Origin: Lama glama
Taxonomy: Eukaryota
Reading direction: 5' to 3'
DNA: 64,000 nucleotides
NCBI GenBank assembly: GCA_028534125.1
Contig: CM052817.1
Span: 73,472,001-73,536,000, forward strand
Positions within the stretch are counted from its first letter, which is position 1. Each line of letters starts with the position of its first letter. The translations under genes were made by a program, and so were the position numbers. The notes under the pieces were generated by a model. It worked only from the letters and a program-made list of their open reading frames with translations. It was not told the origin of the DNA and ran no database searches. This document shows, piece after piece, positions 26,701-41,756 of the stretch.

Positions 26701-27792
26701 TATTGTAACTGTATTTTACATACAATTCTTGTGACTGAAGACAACAATCTTTTCTTTCATCCTGTTTCCTGTTTTGTTATATTTTGTTTTTGGTTAAAGC
26801 TGTTTATCTTTGGCATAAAAACCCTTTTTCTGTCCTCACTGTGAAAAAGGGAGAAAATGAAAATTCAGTAAACCAAAGTACTACCAATTTTTCTGAAAGG
26901 AAAAAAATTGGATTTTTGAGGGGGAAAGTGTTCGCTCTATGATTAATTTTTCTGGAACCAATCCCTTATTCTGTATTCAGTCTATGTACAACATGGACCA
27001 TGTAGAAAGAATTGGTATCCGATAAAGTGAACAAAGCTCTAATGAGCTAATTGATCACTTAATGTTTTCAAAGCAAAATTTGCCTTCCTCTCCCAGTCCC
27101 TCCATTTGACTTGTACAAATTATTTGTAATTCTAGCAATGCTAGTAATTTTTTATTACAGTTACCATATTGGTCACATATTTAATCAGGGGCACAACAGT
27201 AAAATTTGTGTTAGTTATTTATATCCACCATATCCTTTAGTGTTTAAAATTTTGTAAACAAATAAACAATAGAGTAAGCATGTTCTTCTTGGGCAAGTTG
27301 GAGAGCCTTTTTTCCCCTACAAACTTATATAAATCACAGTGATCTCCGATGTCTGAATCCCCATGCTTAGAGGCAAAGCATATGAGGAAAGCAGGACCTT
27401 ACCCTCAACAGTGGACTAAAGCTGGAAATACTGATCTCACAGAAAAGATCGTGCCCTTCTCAGCATACATCTGGCCCTTTTCATTTTGCTTTCATCAGCT
27501 GGGGCTGTTCAGTGATGCAAAGAAAACATTGTAAAATGCTTACAGCTTTTAGAAGTGCTTCTGAACTCTTCAAATAATAGTAAGAATTGCAAATCTTATA
27601 GGAAGAGCTCATCACAGAAAAGCTTTATTCAGCTCCACAGGGAACAGTGAATGCCAGTTAGAGAGCTGCTCTAAAGTAAAATACTTATAAGAAGGGGATA
27701 CTGAAGTATGCATTGTTGTAAAGCTTAAAGGGAACAAATGTGTGTTTCATCGCATGTCCAAACCTAATATCTGTGAAGGGTGTCTGTGACCG

Positions 27793-27807
27793 CCAGCAGA
27801 GGGAGAG
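27793..27807 (+). promoter_or_regulatory. CTCF-like motif
   Basis: CCAGCAGAGGGAGAG, the GGGAG variant of the core. Confidence 0.45.
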
Positions 27808-30800
27808 TGAAATTTTGCAGATGGAGAAAAAGGAACTTTCAACAATCCAGCTTAGTTCTTTGGCCAAGATCCAGTGCACTGGGAATTCTCCAGCAAAATG
27901 GGTTGAACTTGGCAGATCTGCAAATATGCATATTTCTACTCAGAACAATAAGGCAAACATGGAGACTTCCAGAAGAACTAATTATCTTTAGTATTTTTTA
28001 CCTTAGAACGAGGGTAATATTTGGAAGACAACTGCTAAGAGATTTTAGAAGCAGCGTTTGAAAAATGTTTAAAGAAAAACCTATTTTTAGCTTTTTTCAA
28101 AAAGGTTTTTAATACCCACTTGTGTTCCTCAAATAATTTATCATAATTGACAGACACCCAAGCCATATGGTTTACAATTTGAAGACATTTGTTTATTATT
28201 TGCTGTTTGCCTTTTAACGAAAAATTCTATTTCATTATCTTTTGTTTTTCTTGCTGCTTATTGCTATAGTTTCATCATTATGAAACTAGTGCCATTCTTT
28301 CTCTTATGATGTGTCCTTATGAAACAAACCCTGTTTACTGACTTACATTACAGAAAAACAAGCTACAAAAGAGTAACAATGAGTTTATCTCCAAAGAATA
28401 CTTTCTGGAAAATATTGGCATATATGAAAATGTTCTGTATATATCAACATTAACAGATAGTAAATGTTTTATATGTGTTTGCATGACTATATATGAGAAG
28501 AGTGATGCCATGGTCTTTCAGAACAAATTGCTATAGTAATTTAAAGTAATTTGACCAAAGTGTTTTTAAGTTCTAATATACATATTTAAAGTATTTTATT
28601 ATAAAAATTAAATCATACAAAACAGTAGAGAGGATGACTTATTTGAAGTGTAAATCCTTGATTTTTCACACTCCGTAGAATTTTTTAGTTACAGTTGGGG
28701 CATTACAAAATGTTTAATGTGCTTAAGATAGGCACCTTAAAAGAAAATAGGCATGTTTAAGAGTGGACTGGTGAAAGAGAGCTTTTTAAATAAAATAAAT
28801 AAATGTGTATGTTCTGGGGTGGAAAGATGGCCAAAGTAAAAAAAAGAAAAAAGAAGAAAGAAAAAAAGGTGTAGAATACTATGCTTGAATCTGCTTCTGT
28901 GCATCGCCTGCGTAGCCATAGTAAAGCTCTGAAGGACACGAAACTGTCAATGGTTGGTTGCCTTTGGTAAATAGGACTCTCTCAAAGTTGACATAAGCGA
29001 TCTTAATAAATACATTCTGTATTGCTTGGATTTTTTTCAATGAGTGTGTTATCAATACATATGTATTAAAACAGACATATATACACATATAAGGGAATGT
29101 GTATATATTTTAAAGGGAATAACGTAGTGGAAAGGCTACTAGTCCTGATGTTGCGATTGAGTGTGTGACCATCCAAAAAAGTAAACAGATCTATTTATTT
29201 TACATGATTATTATTATGTAATTATATATTTTGTAATTATTATGTTATTATGAGACTCATTTGAAATTATGGATCAGGAAGAGAAAATTAACTTTTCTGC
29301 TGTTAAATAAGGGCACTGACAACTAGAAAATGTGTCAGTTCTATTGAGAGAATTAGGCTAAGAACTTACCCTATAGGTCTGATTGACTTTGCAGAAAGTG
29401 TAGAATTAGGGTAGTGTCGAGAGTAGCACTGACATAAAGTTATTTCTATTGGTAAATATTACTCTGAAAGGACTAAAATTAGGGAATCACAAACACATCA
29501 GCGTGATAGAAAAGATTAGATTTGGTGGAGTTACAAAATACATCATTAGCCATTGTTAATGAGTGGAAAAATAATTACTGATTAGGTTTTTATTTTCCTA
29601 CATAACGCATGTAGAGTTTTGGTTTGGGTCTATCAGTTTCACTTACTACAAATCTACATTAAACTGCATACGGACTGTATCCTTCAGAAACATGATAATG
29701 ACTACATCTAGAAAATCATCATTAGGGAAAAAAAATCTACTAGACTGAAAATCCATTGACATCTCTAAGGTTTCTTCCAGATGTATAATTTTCTGATATA
29801 ATAGCTCAATCAATGATTAGAACAAGATACACCGTGAGGCCCAGGTTGCCTGTGTCACAGTAAAAGAACTAACATTACCTTGTGTGTTGGGGTAGTTTAT
29901 TTACATAGTTGTTCACATCTGTTGTTGCTAGTTCTTCCCATTGTAACTATCCACACTATCTGATAGCACTAGAATTGTGCTATATTAAATATTGCCTGAA
30001 TAGTTAATATTTATGATATGAAATATTTATATAAAATTTCAGTGATCAGCACTTCAGTATCTTTTTGTGTACAGTTTTATGGCAAGAGGAAGCTTGTTTT
30101 AAAGGCTTTTGACAAGTATAATTCCTTTCCCTGTTCAATAGGTAAAGTTACTATCATTCCTACTTTCTAAGCAAGGTAATTAGGATAGTGAGAGGATAAG
30201 AGATTTGCTCAATATAATAATCCTTAATAAAAGTTTAAAAAAATGAATACAATCTCTACCATTCTAAAAACAAAATAGGTAGAAAGGAAGGGAGAGATGG
30301 AGGAAGAGAAAGAAAGTGAGAGAGACTTTGCAGTGAATCATATGAGCACTTTATCAAGTCCATATGAGCCCCTTTTAAATGGAATATTTTAATGTTGAAA
30401 ATTGATTTGAGTTTGTACTTTTTACTTATTTTCTTAACATTTTTTTGATCAGGATTACTTTTTGAGTAATATATTTTGAAAAATAATATGTTTGAATTTT
30501 TCCAGTTAGATTTTGGAGTCTATATTTGAGTTCAACACCTTGAATTCTCTAAATGTTTCAAAAGTCTCTTCTATAGATTCTATTCTCCTTATCTGTATTG
30601 GCCTCATCTATAAATGTGTTAGACATATACCATAAAGTTGTTCAGATATACCTATTTTTGTTCAATAGCTTAAAAGCCCTATTTGGAAACCATAGGGAAG
30701 TTGTAGTGTTTGGAATGGAATTTGAAAAGAGATCCAAGTCTTATAAAAATGGGACAATTTGCTATGACATTTAGAGATAATAGCATCTTCAAGTTATTTT

Positions 30801-30879
30801 TTCTGTACTTATGTTTTCTTATATTAGGGGACTTTCCACAGATACTTATTCTGTGTTCTCTTCAATAGCATGTTTTATT

Positions 30880-31060
30880 GCAGTAATAGCTGACATCTTT
30901 AGTGCCTACTAAGAACCTCAGACATATCATACTTTGATGTAGATTTTTATTATTCCCATTTCATAGAAGTGGAAACTGAAGCACAGCATGGCTGTAGAAC
31001 TTGTGTGGATCACATCAATTGTGACATAGCTAGGCTTCAGATCCACACTTGCCTGATTTC
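30880..31060 (-). mobile_element. MIR SINE
   Basis: TATTATTCCCATTTCATAGAAGTGGAAACTGAAGCACAG. Confidence 0.7.
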
Positions 31061-32729
31061 AAACAGTTTGATAAAATCAAACTGTTGCCTATGTATTTAT
31101 ATACATAGATAATTGTCCTATGTCAACATAATAATGTGTGTAACCTTTATTGCAGCCTATCATTGATGGAAATGACGTAGGGTAAAATGAGATGTGATTT
31201 CATAGGGTTTCTAATGTGAATTACAATTTGATTGCACACCTGCTCAGTTATCTTTCTGTAACCTGAGGGAGAAAAGGCCCCAGCATGTGGGTATTCAGAT
31301 TGTGAAGGAGTGGCACCTGCTCTTTCCTAAAATTTCAAGCCAATAGGGGCCTTAGAGAGCTAGTCCAGCTCCTGATTTTTTTACATTCAAGTCTCCGAAT
31401 TGTGGTTTAAATGATAGTCTAGGAAGAACATAATGTTTCTCTGTTGGAGGAGAGATCTGTTGGGGATACATAAAGGAACATGTGAATTTGAAGATGTGAA
31501 TCCTATTTTTGGAAAACTTAATGCAACACAGTCTTAAGGTTGAGGGTAATGACTAGTGCTGCTGGGGCTGAGTGCCAGTGACTGCTGATTTCTCCTAAAT
31601 AGTTACTAGAAAAGACATCTAGACTAAGGTTTGTAACTAAATTTAGGGTCTATATTTTCTGATTTTCCTCAAGATAGGTATATGACTCCAGTGAATTGAA
31701 TTGAGTTGTAGAAATTAGATTTTGACTTCTTCTCTGGTTATTATTGCTCTTTCTACTTCCTTGTGTGTTCTAGAGAAATCTTTTTTGTGGCAGGAGCCTT
31801 ATCTGTTTTTTCAGTCGCAGGATCCTCAGTGCCTGGAAGTAATGATGGGAGCTCAGTAAACATATTGGGATAAACAAGTAAGTGGTAAATGTCAAACTTG
31901 ATTTAAAGAAATCTTTACCAAGAATATGAATTTGACAGGAAAATTAGACTCCAAAGAAAATTTTTTTAAAGGAAAAGTTAAAATTGTCAAAGAAAAATAT
32001 AGACTGGAGTGTATCTTGAATAATATTTTCAGTTTTAAAAACCGGTAACAAGATAACATGACTTGTTTTTCAGTTTGTTTTGTGTTTTAGTCTTGCACTT
32101 GCTGTCATTATCTAGGCTTTGCAATTTTGTTTGTGGGCCCGTGACTTTGCTTAGTATAATTATTAAGTATACTTTGTATAATTTTGTATAGCATTTGCCT
32201 GTTAGCACAGAATTTTATACCTAGAATGTAAAAAATTAGCATGCAAATTTTTTCCTTTTCTGTATACTTTTTAGTGTTTTTAATCGATATTTAGTTGCTA
32301 CATTGAGAAAAGCTGATATATGAATTTAATTAAGATAAAAAAATGTTGTTAAGCTATCTAGTACATATATTCTTTTTAGGGATCAAACAACACTTCTGTT
32401 TTGTGGATTCTAAATGTTACAGTTCCTGAATTAATAAACCAGACACATGAATCTGTAGCATTTTTGTTTTTTGATGTGGTTTTGAAGAGGAAACGGGCTA
32501 ACATTAAACTGAATAGTTTGGACATAAGTAATAAAAATCTGCCTTTGATTTGGTTATTGAAGGTTAATGCACTAAATGTACTATTTCATCATTATCACTG
32601 AGCAAGTCAGTGAGTCTCAGTAATGGAAAATTGGGAGAATGTGGGGTTATTTGTCAAATTCATCTTTGATGCACATTGTAGTTCTATGCTGAAACTATAT
32701 TTATTAAGCAGAGGAAATTAATCTATAAA

Positions 32730-33459
32730 TGTTGCCAAAACTTGGCCCTCGTACCCCACTTACTGAATTGAGACTCAAGAACAGAGTTTTGGAAGAAGCA
32801 GCAGAGACAGCTTTATTTCTTTGCCAGGCAAAGGAGGTCACAGTGGGCTAATGCTTCTAAGACTATCAGGCTACTGGGGAAAGAAGACAGGGGGTTTTAC
32901 AGTAAAAGTCCGAGAGTTCAAGGGGCAGACCTAGTTTCCATAGAGAGATCATATACAAGGTAAAGAATTGTTGCAAAGTTGTTCTTGTTTTCGTAGATGC
33001 AGTGGTCCCCTTCCCTCTGCTGGGTGTGAAGTCTACCTCCAGCTTTGGGATTCTCTTAATATTCTTGTACCTGGAACAAAGGATGCCTAGGAAGGGGCTC
33101 CATGGAAGAGAGTTCTAGTGAAAAACTTGTGCAGTTTAAAGTCAGGCTGATAAATGCTTTTAGACTTTTAGGCAGGCTGAGGCTTGGGACCTCCTGCTAC
33201 AGGCTGAAGCCTGCAGCTTGAACAACAGGATACAAGGAAATCGCAAAGAGTCAAGAGCAGGGCACTGACCATGATCCCTGCACATAGCATCATGAGGTAT
33301 TTGGGTGGACCACCCAAGCCTCCCTCCTCTCCAGCCCAACCTTGGTCAGCAAGAGCATGAGAAAAACCCTTTAAACCATTATGCAGTTAAGCAGTTATGA
33401 GCACCATTACAGATATCAGATGGTCACCAATGATGACAATATGGTCCTGCTCAGTTACA
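32730..33459 (-). mobile_element. ERV1-type solo LTR
   Basis: TG...CA termini (minus strand starts TGTAACTGAGCAGGACC), 4-bp TSD TAAA at 32726-32729 / 33460-33463, AATAAA on the minus strand at about 32813. Confidence 0.85.
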
Positions 33460-34757
33460 TAAAACTTGATGAATAACCAATGCATAAATTAAAATTCTCA
33501 CCTTTAATCTATTATTTAAATATTTCAATGAAACATTTATAGTCTATGTGTATTTTGTGGGAATTTGGATAGCAACATGACTGAGTAAAAGTGTCAACTT
33601 TCTGCTAAGACTGTAATTTTCTTAATGGTCAAGATTGAGTCACTTTCATATCTCCCATTCCTGGCACAAAGTCTGACACGTTAAAAAAGTAAAAAACAAA
33701 AACCTCAATATGCATTAGTCAGATAAGTGAATAAATATCTTCAACCATTATAAAAGCATCAAGATTTCCCATCAATATATTATAATGAGTAATTCAATGA
33801 TCAAATTACATATCTCTTTACTGTACATAAAGTTCTGTGAAAGGCACTTTAATGAAATGGAAATGACATAAAAAGGGCTCTGCTTTTAAGGAACTTACCC
33901 AATTATAAAGGAAATATACAGGGACAATTTAAATTCCAATTCCGTAAATGCTGTGGGAGCAGAAGGAGGGGAAGGCTTGAGTAAAGGGATATTTTGGAAA
34001 AAAGGAAAAGTATGTGCGAAGGCACAGGAATGTGGGAAACATACCAATTCCAGAGCAGCAAGTAATCAAGATAGCTAGACCTAGGGTTTGTGCACAAGGT
34101 TGGTTTGAGTAGAGGGGTACAAGAGTCACACAGCTGCATTCAGCTACCGTCTTTCTACCAAAGCACGAAGCATCATAATACAACAGAACTCCTAAAAGTC
34201 TCTTTATTGATAGAGCTTTTGGATCTAGACCCATTTTTCCATATCATATTACAACGAGGTTAATACTACAAGCTTTTGATGCTCCCAACTTCCAATGTTG
34301 TTTATCATTCTCCTATTTTATATTTTGCTTCATAACTTGAGATTCTATGCATCCTGTCTTCTTTCACCAACACTGCAGTGGGTGACACTCCTGCTGTTGG
34401 TACTAACTGTTGGACCTCATCAGAGGTAAAATTGGTTAAAAAAAATGAGGCTCAGATCACAAGGGACCTGTCTTCCGTGTGTTAAATTTTGAGGGTCTGG
34501 TGGGAAAGAAGTTGCATTAGCAATAAATTCCAGCGATTTCCTTGTTATGATACATCATAAGATGACATAGATTTTGGGGAGAGCATCATGGTTCTGGATT
34601 GAATTCTTACTTTGTAGGCTCAGAAATTATGTTTGTCAACACATCAAGAATTGACCAGTTTCTTAGAGGTGAATTCATGTTAACTGACCTCACAGGAAGT
34701 GATGTATAAAACAGAGTTCCAATGTATTGTCACATAACATTTTTTTTTTTTTACTGT

Positions 34758-34838
34758 GGTAGGTATTTATTGAAAGAAAAATCTGCCTATAAGTGGACCC
34801 ATGCAATTCAAACCCATGGTGTTCAAGAGTCAATTGTA
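34758..34838 (+). mobile_element. Tigger2/MER8-like terminal fragment
   Basis: AAAATCTGCCTATAAGTGGACCCATGCAATTCAAACCCATGGTGTTCAAGAGTCAATTG followed by TA. Confidence 0.75.
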
Positions 34839-36009
34839 ATTGATAAACAAGTATCATTATTTCGGCTTAGTGAGAGGAAGGCATTTGGTGTTGTGTGGGT
34901 TGCAGAGTGAACTCGTTTTGTTCTCACTCCGTTACAGTCCCAGAGTGACCTTGTCTAACACTGAAGTTCATGTTCTGTTATGTTCTCCAACAGCAGAACA
35001 AAGCCTAGCTGTTAATGATAGTCCAAGTTGAAGTGGCGTGCGTGTAAGACCTAGTTGTGAGCATCAGACCAGTTTCTGGAATATTAGAGGTTACTTTTCT
35101 TCTCTCCTACTGTGGAGTCAGTGGATGGGGCAGATCTATGACTCCAAGCTGCCAAGCTTGCCTAGACCTCAAATGGAATGGCTGGGTCACTGTAAAGAAA
35201 ACTTTTTTGAAATCTGCTTTACAAAGTCAAACCATCGGATCAAAGCAGAACAAAGCAGCATTTCCTATCTACTAGCGCCACAGTAATGTAAATTGGAAAG
35301 CTAGCTAAATCTGACACCTGGAAAGAATTAGGTTTGAGTCCTGGCACTGCTTCTTGATTACTGTGTGACTTGATATATATATGTGTCACATAACATTTAA
35401 ATAGTAGTGCCATCATGGGCGTGGTATTCTAACTCTATAGGCAAATAAAATTGTATGGAAACGAAATATTAACAGAAGATTTTTACATAAGCAGGGGACC
35501 AGGGGAAGAGGAAGATAATTATATAATTGATTGTCAATGGCATCAGCCTAGGATCGCAAGACACCATCAGCATAAAAGGATTATCTGGCCAGCACGGTAA
35601 AAATGCAGGTGACATGGAGCCCACGCATCACTTTCCTTACTTGGACTGGCACTGTCTACATCTTTCTTCTCTGACTCTGCCCTACCTGTGAATCCTCTGT
35701 TGCCTAGACCCTCCTCTGGGCAGAGCACTCTTCCAGTTAGTGTATTCAGGAGGCAAACAGGTTTTATTTCATGGCCATCTTTGGTTGATTGGAAGTGGCT
35801 GACTGAAGCAGTCTTGAGAAAAACTCCCAGACTCAGGCAAGCTAAGTGGACCAGAGTGCCTGGGAGGTTGTGGTTGAAGAATGCTCTGGGCTCCTGAAGA
35901 GGGAGAGTGAAGATGAGTTACTGTATTTGCCTCCCTTGCGTGAATAATTCATATTATGCACAGCACCTGAAAAGAGTATAAGCAGAAAAGTAACATCATC
36001 AAATTTTCA

Positions 36010-36215
36010 GGGGAAGGGTCCAGCTCAGTGGCAGAGTAAGTGGTTAGCATGCATGACATCCTGGTTTCAATTCCCAGTACCTCCCTTAAAAATATAAATA
36101 GATAAACAAACCTAATTACCTCCACTTGCAAAAAAAAAAAAAAAAAAAAGGAAAGAAAAAAAAAAGAAAAGAAAAGAAAAAAGAAAGAAATTTTAAAAAA
36201 AGAATCTAAACAAAA
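36010..36215 (+). mobile_element. tRNA-Ala-derived SINE (Vic-1-like)
   Basis: CAGCTCAGTGGCAGAG...CCCAGTACCTCC head, ACCTAATTACC motif, long A-rich tail. Confidence 0.88.
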
Positions 36216-37310
36216 AGATTTTCATTTAAGGAGGGACACAAGATGATCAAATCACCTGCCCAGATTTGTTGCACCCAGTACCACTCCGAGGACAAGCTAT
36301 TGGACTAGAAGCAGCTGAGGGACAGAGTGGAAACATCTAACTTCAGACCCTAGTTCCCTGTGATTACCTTCACCATGGCTGGTGGCATTGGTTGTCCCAG
36401 TGAATACTATTGTATACTATTTTTTCCTGTTTGAATAATAATGAGAAGCATATTAAAAATCTTGGCTTTGTTGGGCAAAACTGAGGAACTTTTTAAATTC
36501 GGTCAACACTCCTCAATTATAAAGCGGAACATTCCTACTTAATTCTTAGTAATTGTTTATTGAAAGACAAGTCTATCATATTTTATGGCTGAAATCTATC
36601 TACTTGTGCCTTTTAATTTGAACACTACTAGTGTTCAGACCATTCCACTAAGAGCTTTTAATGCTCACTACCTCACTTCCATGTTCACGTCTGAAGATTT
36701 ATAGTCTGTTTGTTGCTTTATTTCATTAGTAAGTGGAATAAATTTGATAAAAGACTACTTAATTGATGAAGAGGGTCATTTTCATCAGTTTTGCTTTGGT
36801 GGGATTAGGCAGCCCTGGACTGCAGATGAATTGAATGCACACCTCACTAACAGAGTTAAGCTGAGAAACTTTCTTGAGCAGATTTCTTTCCTGGAAATAG
36901 GAGACTTTTTAATGACTTGAGTCTCATTTGCCTGTTAAAGATTATTTATAAAATATTATATATGACACATTCTGCTTAAGGATATAATTTATTGTAAGAC
37001 ATGGTTATTTTGCCAAGTAACTACAAGCTAGTAGACTTGGGCCTTTTAAGAACCAGATGCTTTTTATGTGCTAGACATTTTGTGGATGTAATTTTACATC
37101 CCTACATCTAATCTTTGAGGGAATATTATTAATATTCACTTTGAAATGTACATTATAAGGAACAGTGATCTAATAATTTGCTCAAGTTTAGACAGCTAAA
37201 AGTGATATTTAAATTGGAACCCAGGCCTGATTTAATGACAAAACCTACAGTCATTATAACTTCATAGGAACATATGTGAGGGAGGATAGTTTGCAAAATA
37301 CAATAATTTG

Positions 37311-38041
37311 GGTTTTTTCCTTTTTTAATTTCATTAAAAATTTTTATTTTTTTAATTTGAAGCATATTCAGTTACAATGTGTCAATCTCTGGTGTACAAC
37401 ATAATGTCCTAGTCATACATGTACATACATATATTCATTTTCATATTCTTTTTCATTAAAGGTTATCACAAGATATTGAATATAGTTCCTTGTGCTATAC
37501 AAAAGAAATTTGTTTTTATCTATTTTTATATATAGTAATTAATATTTGCAAATCTCAAACTCCCAAATTTATCTCTTCTCACCCCCTTACCCCTTGGTTA
37601 CCATAAGATTGTTTACTATGTCTGTGAGTCTGTTTCTGTTTTATAGGTGAGTTCATTAGTGTCTTCTTTTTTTTTTTTTAGATTTCACATATGAGTGATA
37701 TCCTATGGCATTTTTCTTTCTCTTTCTGGCTTACTTCACTTAGAATGACCATCTCCAGGTCCATCCATGATGCAGCAAATGGCATTATTTTATTCATTTT
37801 TATGGCTGAGTAGTATTCCATTGTATAAACATATCACAACTTCTTTATCCAGTCATCTATTGATGGACATTTAGGTTGTTTCCATGTTTTAGCTATTGTA
37901 TGTAGTGCTGCTATGAACACTGGGGTGCATATATGTTTTCGAATTTGAGTTCCCTCTGGATATATGCCTTGGAGTGGGATTGCTGGATCATATGGTAAGT
38001 CTATTTTTAGTTTTTTGAGGAATCTCCATTCTGTTTTCCAT
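37311..38041 (-). mobile_element. Young L1 3' portion
   Basis: Homologous to 17093-17699; perfect 17-bp TSD CAAAATACAATAATTTG at 37294-37310 / 38042-38058. Confidence 0.95.
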
Positions 38042-40906
38042 CAAAATACAATAATTTGAATTATTTGTGCTGTTGTTCCCAAAGGATTCTGCAGGGCATA
38101 AATTGATTACACTATTTACATTCTGTCTCAAAATCTCTTAATCTGAAGATTATGCCACATTCTAACAAATAAAATAAAAAAGCGTGACAATAATACTAAT
38201 GATATTCTCTGCCATCTTCTTAGTGTTTTGCATTTTAGATTTATGTTGTTTGGCATGCTAATAGAATTATTGGTTTTGGATTGCAAATTGGTTTTTTGTA
38301 TCCTTTAATTTTTTTATTTTCAATATTCATGCTGATTACTCTCTGTTTTTGAAAAATTGTTACAGTTTTTCCATGGCAATTTATTTTCCTATGTTCCTAC
38401 CTGTTGTTTAGTTGGCTATTGTTTATTTGGCTACTTCTGGGACTGGGATTAGTGTTTGCTTATCATCATTTCTGCATCATTATTTAAGTCTATATACTGC
38501 TAATCAGGGGTGGCAGTATCCTCTGCTTTAATTGACTTCCCCATTACTTAAGCTTGCTATTGAATTTCTATTTTCTTCTACTTTGTATTTAATAAATATT
38601 TATCATTTTCTACACGCAAATACCTTTTGGATTGACCAAAGTGGAACTTTTCTTAGCTTAGTAGACATTTATTAGTATACTGGGATATGCATATTAGGAA
38701 TGTCCTCTGGCCTTAGTTCCATATTGAAAATTGGCAGAAACATCTTCTAGAGTAAATGAATTTATAGGTGACAGTGAAGACTTGTAGCAGCTCTACAGAA
38801 CTGTAGTTTATAATTCCATTAGCTTTAGTCAGGTTACATTTCTTTATCACAGATATTTTTCTTTATAAGTATTAACTATGCTTTTAAAAAAACAAATGAT
38901 ATTTTTAAATAAATAGGACACTTAACATTAGCTCACTCATTGGCTTTAACATTGGTTGAAATCCAACCTTTCAGGTGAGGAAATAAAACAATTCGTTTAT
39001 TTTATGAAAGCCAATAAAAATAATTAATGTAACTAATTTTAATATATAGTGAATTATTTTTAATGCACCTAAATCCTAACAATTTGAGATGCATAGAGCT
39101 TTTAATATCTTTTTATTTTTCCTAAGACAAATGAAATAGGCGTATTACAAGATAGAATTCCCTTAGCACAAAATAACAAGTAGAAAATTCATAAACCAGC
39201 ATTTTGTTCATACTTCTGTAATAGGGAATAATCCTTTGTTTGCTTTAATCATACTAAGTGTCTTGCTAATGCTTGCAAATGTAGCTAAGTGCAGCCAAAC
39301 TAAAGTTGTAGTTAGGAAATGCAAAACTGAACTTTAAATGCACTAAAATGTCTGCCAGTAATGAAAATTGAACATCATAATGAAAAAATTGTTTGTCTAG
39401 ATAAGAATAAATATCATTTTAGTTAATGAAGCTGTCAGTATGCCTATAGTTTTTCCTTATGCAGATATTAATATAATTTATTATACTTTAGAGGGGAATA
39501 ATAAAATTATAGAATTTTATATCTACCGGAAAGGACTCTTACAGATCATTCAGTCCAGTGATCTTACTTTAAGTGCTATGGAAGTGAAGGTTCTCCACCT
39601 GACTGGTTAGTGGCAAAGGTAGGTTTCGAACTCACATCTCCCACTTCCAAGCCCAGAACATTGTTCCTCACACAATGCTACCTCTGATTATGGTATACAG
39701 TACCCACTAAATCTTTTATATGACCCAAAGTAAATCTGCATTCCTAATATTGAGGAGACTCAGCTCATTTTTCTTTTCACGAATATTTATAAAATACATT
39801 CCGTGCAGGTAGCAACTCCTGAGATGGTGTCAGGTATGAGGCTTGATCTTATGACATCTGAATGGGAACTGTCAATATAAATATTCCCCTTCCCACAGCC
39901 AAGCACAATGTGTTTCTCTATCAAAAAGCAATTAGCTAAACTCTTCATAGAAACAATGAATAGCTCATGTATGTAAATTTTAAAAATGTACAGTGAAAAA
40001 AATTTTTTAATCCAAAAAAAGAAAAGAAAAGCAATTAGCTAAGAAATAATAAATGTCTCTAGAATATCAGACACATGACAGTGGATAGAGAATGTAATGC
40101 TAAAGAGACAAGATATATTTTTATGAAGATCTGTGCTTTTAAAATCTGAACAAAATAAAGCAATCTTCAAGGATTTTTGATTACTAAAAATTATATATAT
40201 TATTTTCAGCTATGAATAACAATTTTAGCATTAAAATCTTAAATTCTCTTGGCTTTTTAGAAGGATTTACCACATTGTTATAAATAACGTGCAGACTGGC
40301 AAAGAGAAGCCATTTATTTGCTTAAGTTCCTCATAGATACAGTGTGTGTAGATTTTTATACTGCCACCAAATATGATCTGTTCTGTTCTTATTTAATTAA
40401 ATTGTCATGTTTACTCTGTAGACTTGCTCTAATTCTGGCTACACCTTATTGCACACACATACTTAAGAATCAAGAATTCTCCTTTCCACCCTCCTTCCCT
40501 TTCTACTTAATATTGCTTTAAATGCTAAATATAAAATTGTTAAATTTTACATTTAAAACCCAACCTTAAATCGAAACTTTGGCTTGTATAACTCAGATAT
40601 ATCTCGTTAAGAAACATTCAGAGATTCTTATTTATTTAAATTCATCATGTTATCAGAGTGTTTTTAATGGTGACCAGTTCAAATGAATAATTCTAAGTAT
40701 TATTTTCTTATGAGAAAATTTTCTGCGTTAGGTTTTCTTTCAATCTTTTTATAGTCGCTATTATATACTCTGATACAGAGTTAAGTAAAGATATTTTGAG
40801 AAATATGAAATACCATTTCTCTAGTTTTTATCAGGTTTTTAAGAGTGAATTTAAGTACAGTTCCACGTTTTTGCATCTTCCTCTATTTGTTCCTGTATTT
40901 AAGTTT

Positions 40907-40920
40907 GTTACCACGGCAAC
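40907..40920. promoter_or_regulatory. RFX X-box
   Basis: GTTACCACGGCAAC versus consensus GTTRCCATGGYAAC (1 mismatch). Confidence 0.5.
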
Positions 40921-41059
40921 TTAGAAAAATTTATTACTTGTTCCTTTCAGAATGTCAAACAGCATGATCTCCTCTGTATGGTGGTTATAACTCACAGCAA
41001 TTCAGCTCTCATTCATTTGTCCTTGAATACACCTGCCTGGGGACCATCATCTGACAGGC

Positions 41060-41240
41060 AGCAGAGGGAACAGAACTCTGGTCTGGAAGTCAGAAGACTG
41101 GGATTGCTACTTCTAGCCCCCAGTGGTGCTTAATCTTGTGGCCTTGAACACCTAACCAACATCTTCGGGCCTCAGTTTCCTGAGTTGTTAAATGAAGACG
41201 TAGGACTGAATGGTTTTTAAGGTCCTTGTAGTTCAATTAT
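41060..41240 (+). mobile_element. MIR/MIR3 SINE
   Basis: GGGCCTCAGTTTCCTGAGTTGTTAAATGAAG...TTAAGGTCCTT. Confidence 0.7.
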
Positions 41241-41756
41241 TCTTAATTAATGAAATCGTAGGGCTGCTGTAAATGATCTTGGGAGTGCCTCAATATACTA
41301 ATCTCTAGAACCCTCGATTCCCTTTAAACTGGACAGTTAGAGAGGGAAGGCTGGTTCTTACCTTTGCAATTTTTGAGGAGAGTAAGCAAGTTTTGAGTAG
41401 ATCTCTATTGGGTTGCACTTGAGTTATCCATCTACTGACCTGCAATTTTCTTGAGTGGTTGGTCTTTCAATCCTCTTTTTCATGGAGTCCGAGAGTTCTA
41501 GGTCTGCTCAGTATGCCACATTCAGTTCTGCGACCAGGTTCTTTATTATCCCTGTGAGCCATAAAGTGATAGAATAGTTGACAAAGAATATTCCCCAACT
41601 GTGAAATCTTTCTCAACTGACTTAGCCCAGTCAGGATTTATGTTGGCAAACTTTAAACTTTAGTAATGTTCTCAAATACTGCTCTGTGTAAAGTGATACA
41701 AAGAAGCAAAAGAGGGCTTGAATTAAGGACATTTGAGTAGGAGCAACTCACTTCTC

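Noticed and set aside
30121..30147. Second AG|GT junction (CAATAG|GTAAAG); similar ones at 18845 (TGCAG|GTACGT) and 24144 (CTCAG|GTACTC)
   Set aside because: Weaker donor or short pyrimidine tract, and no clear RS-exon.
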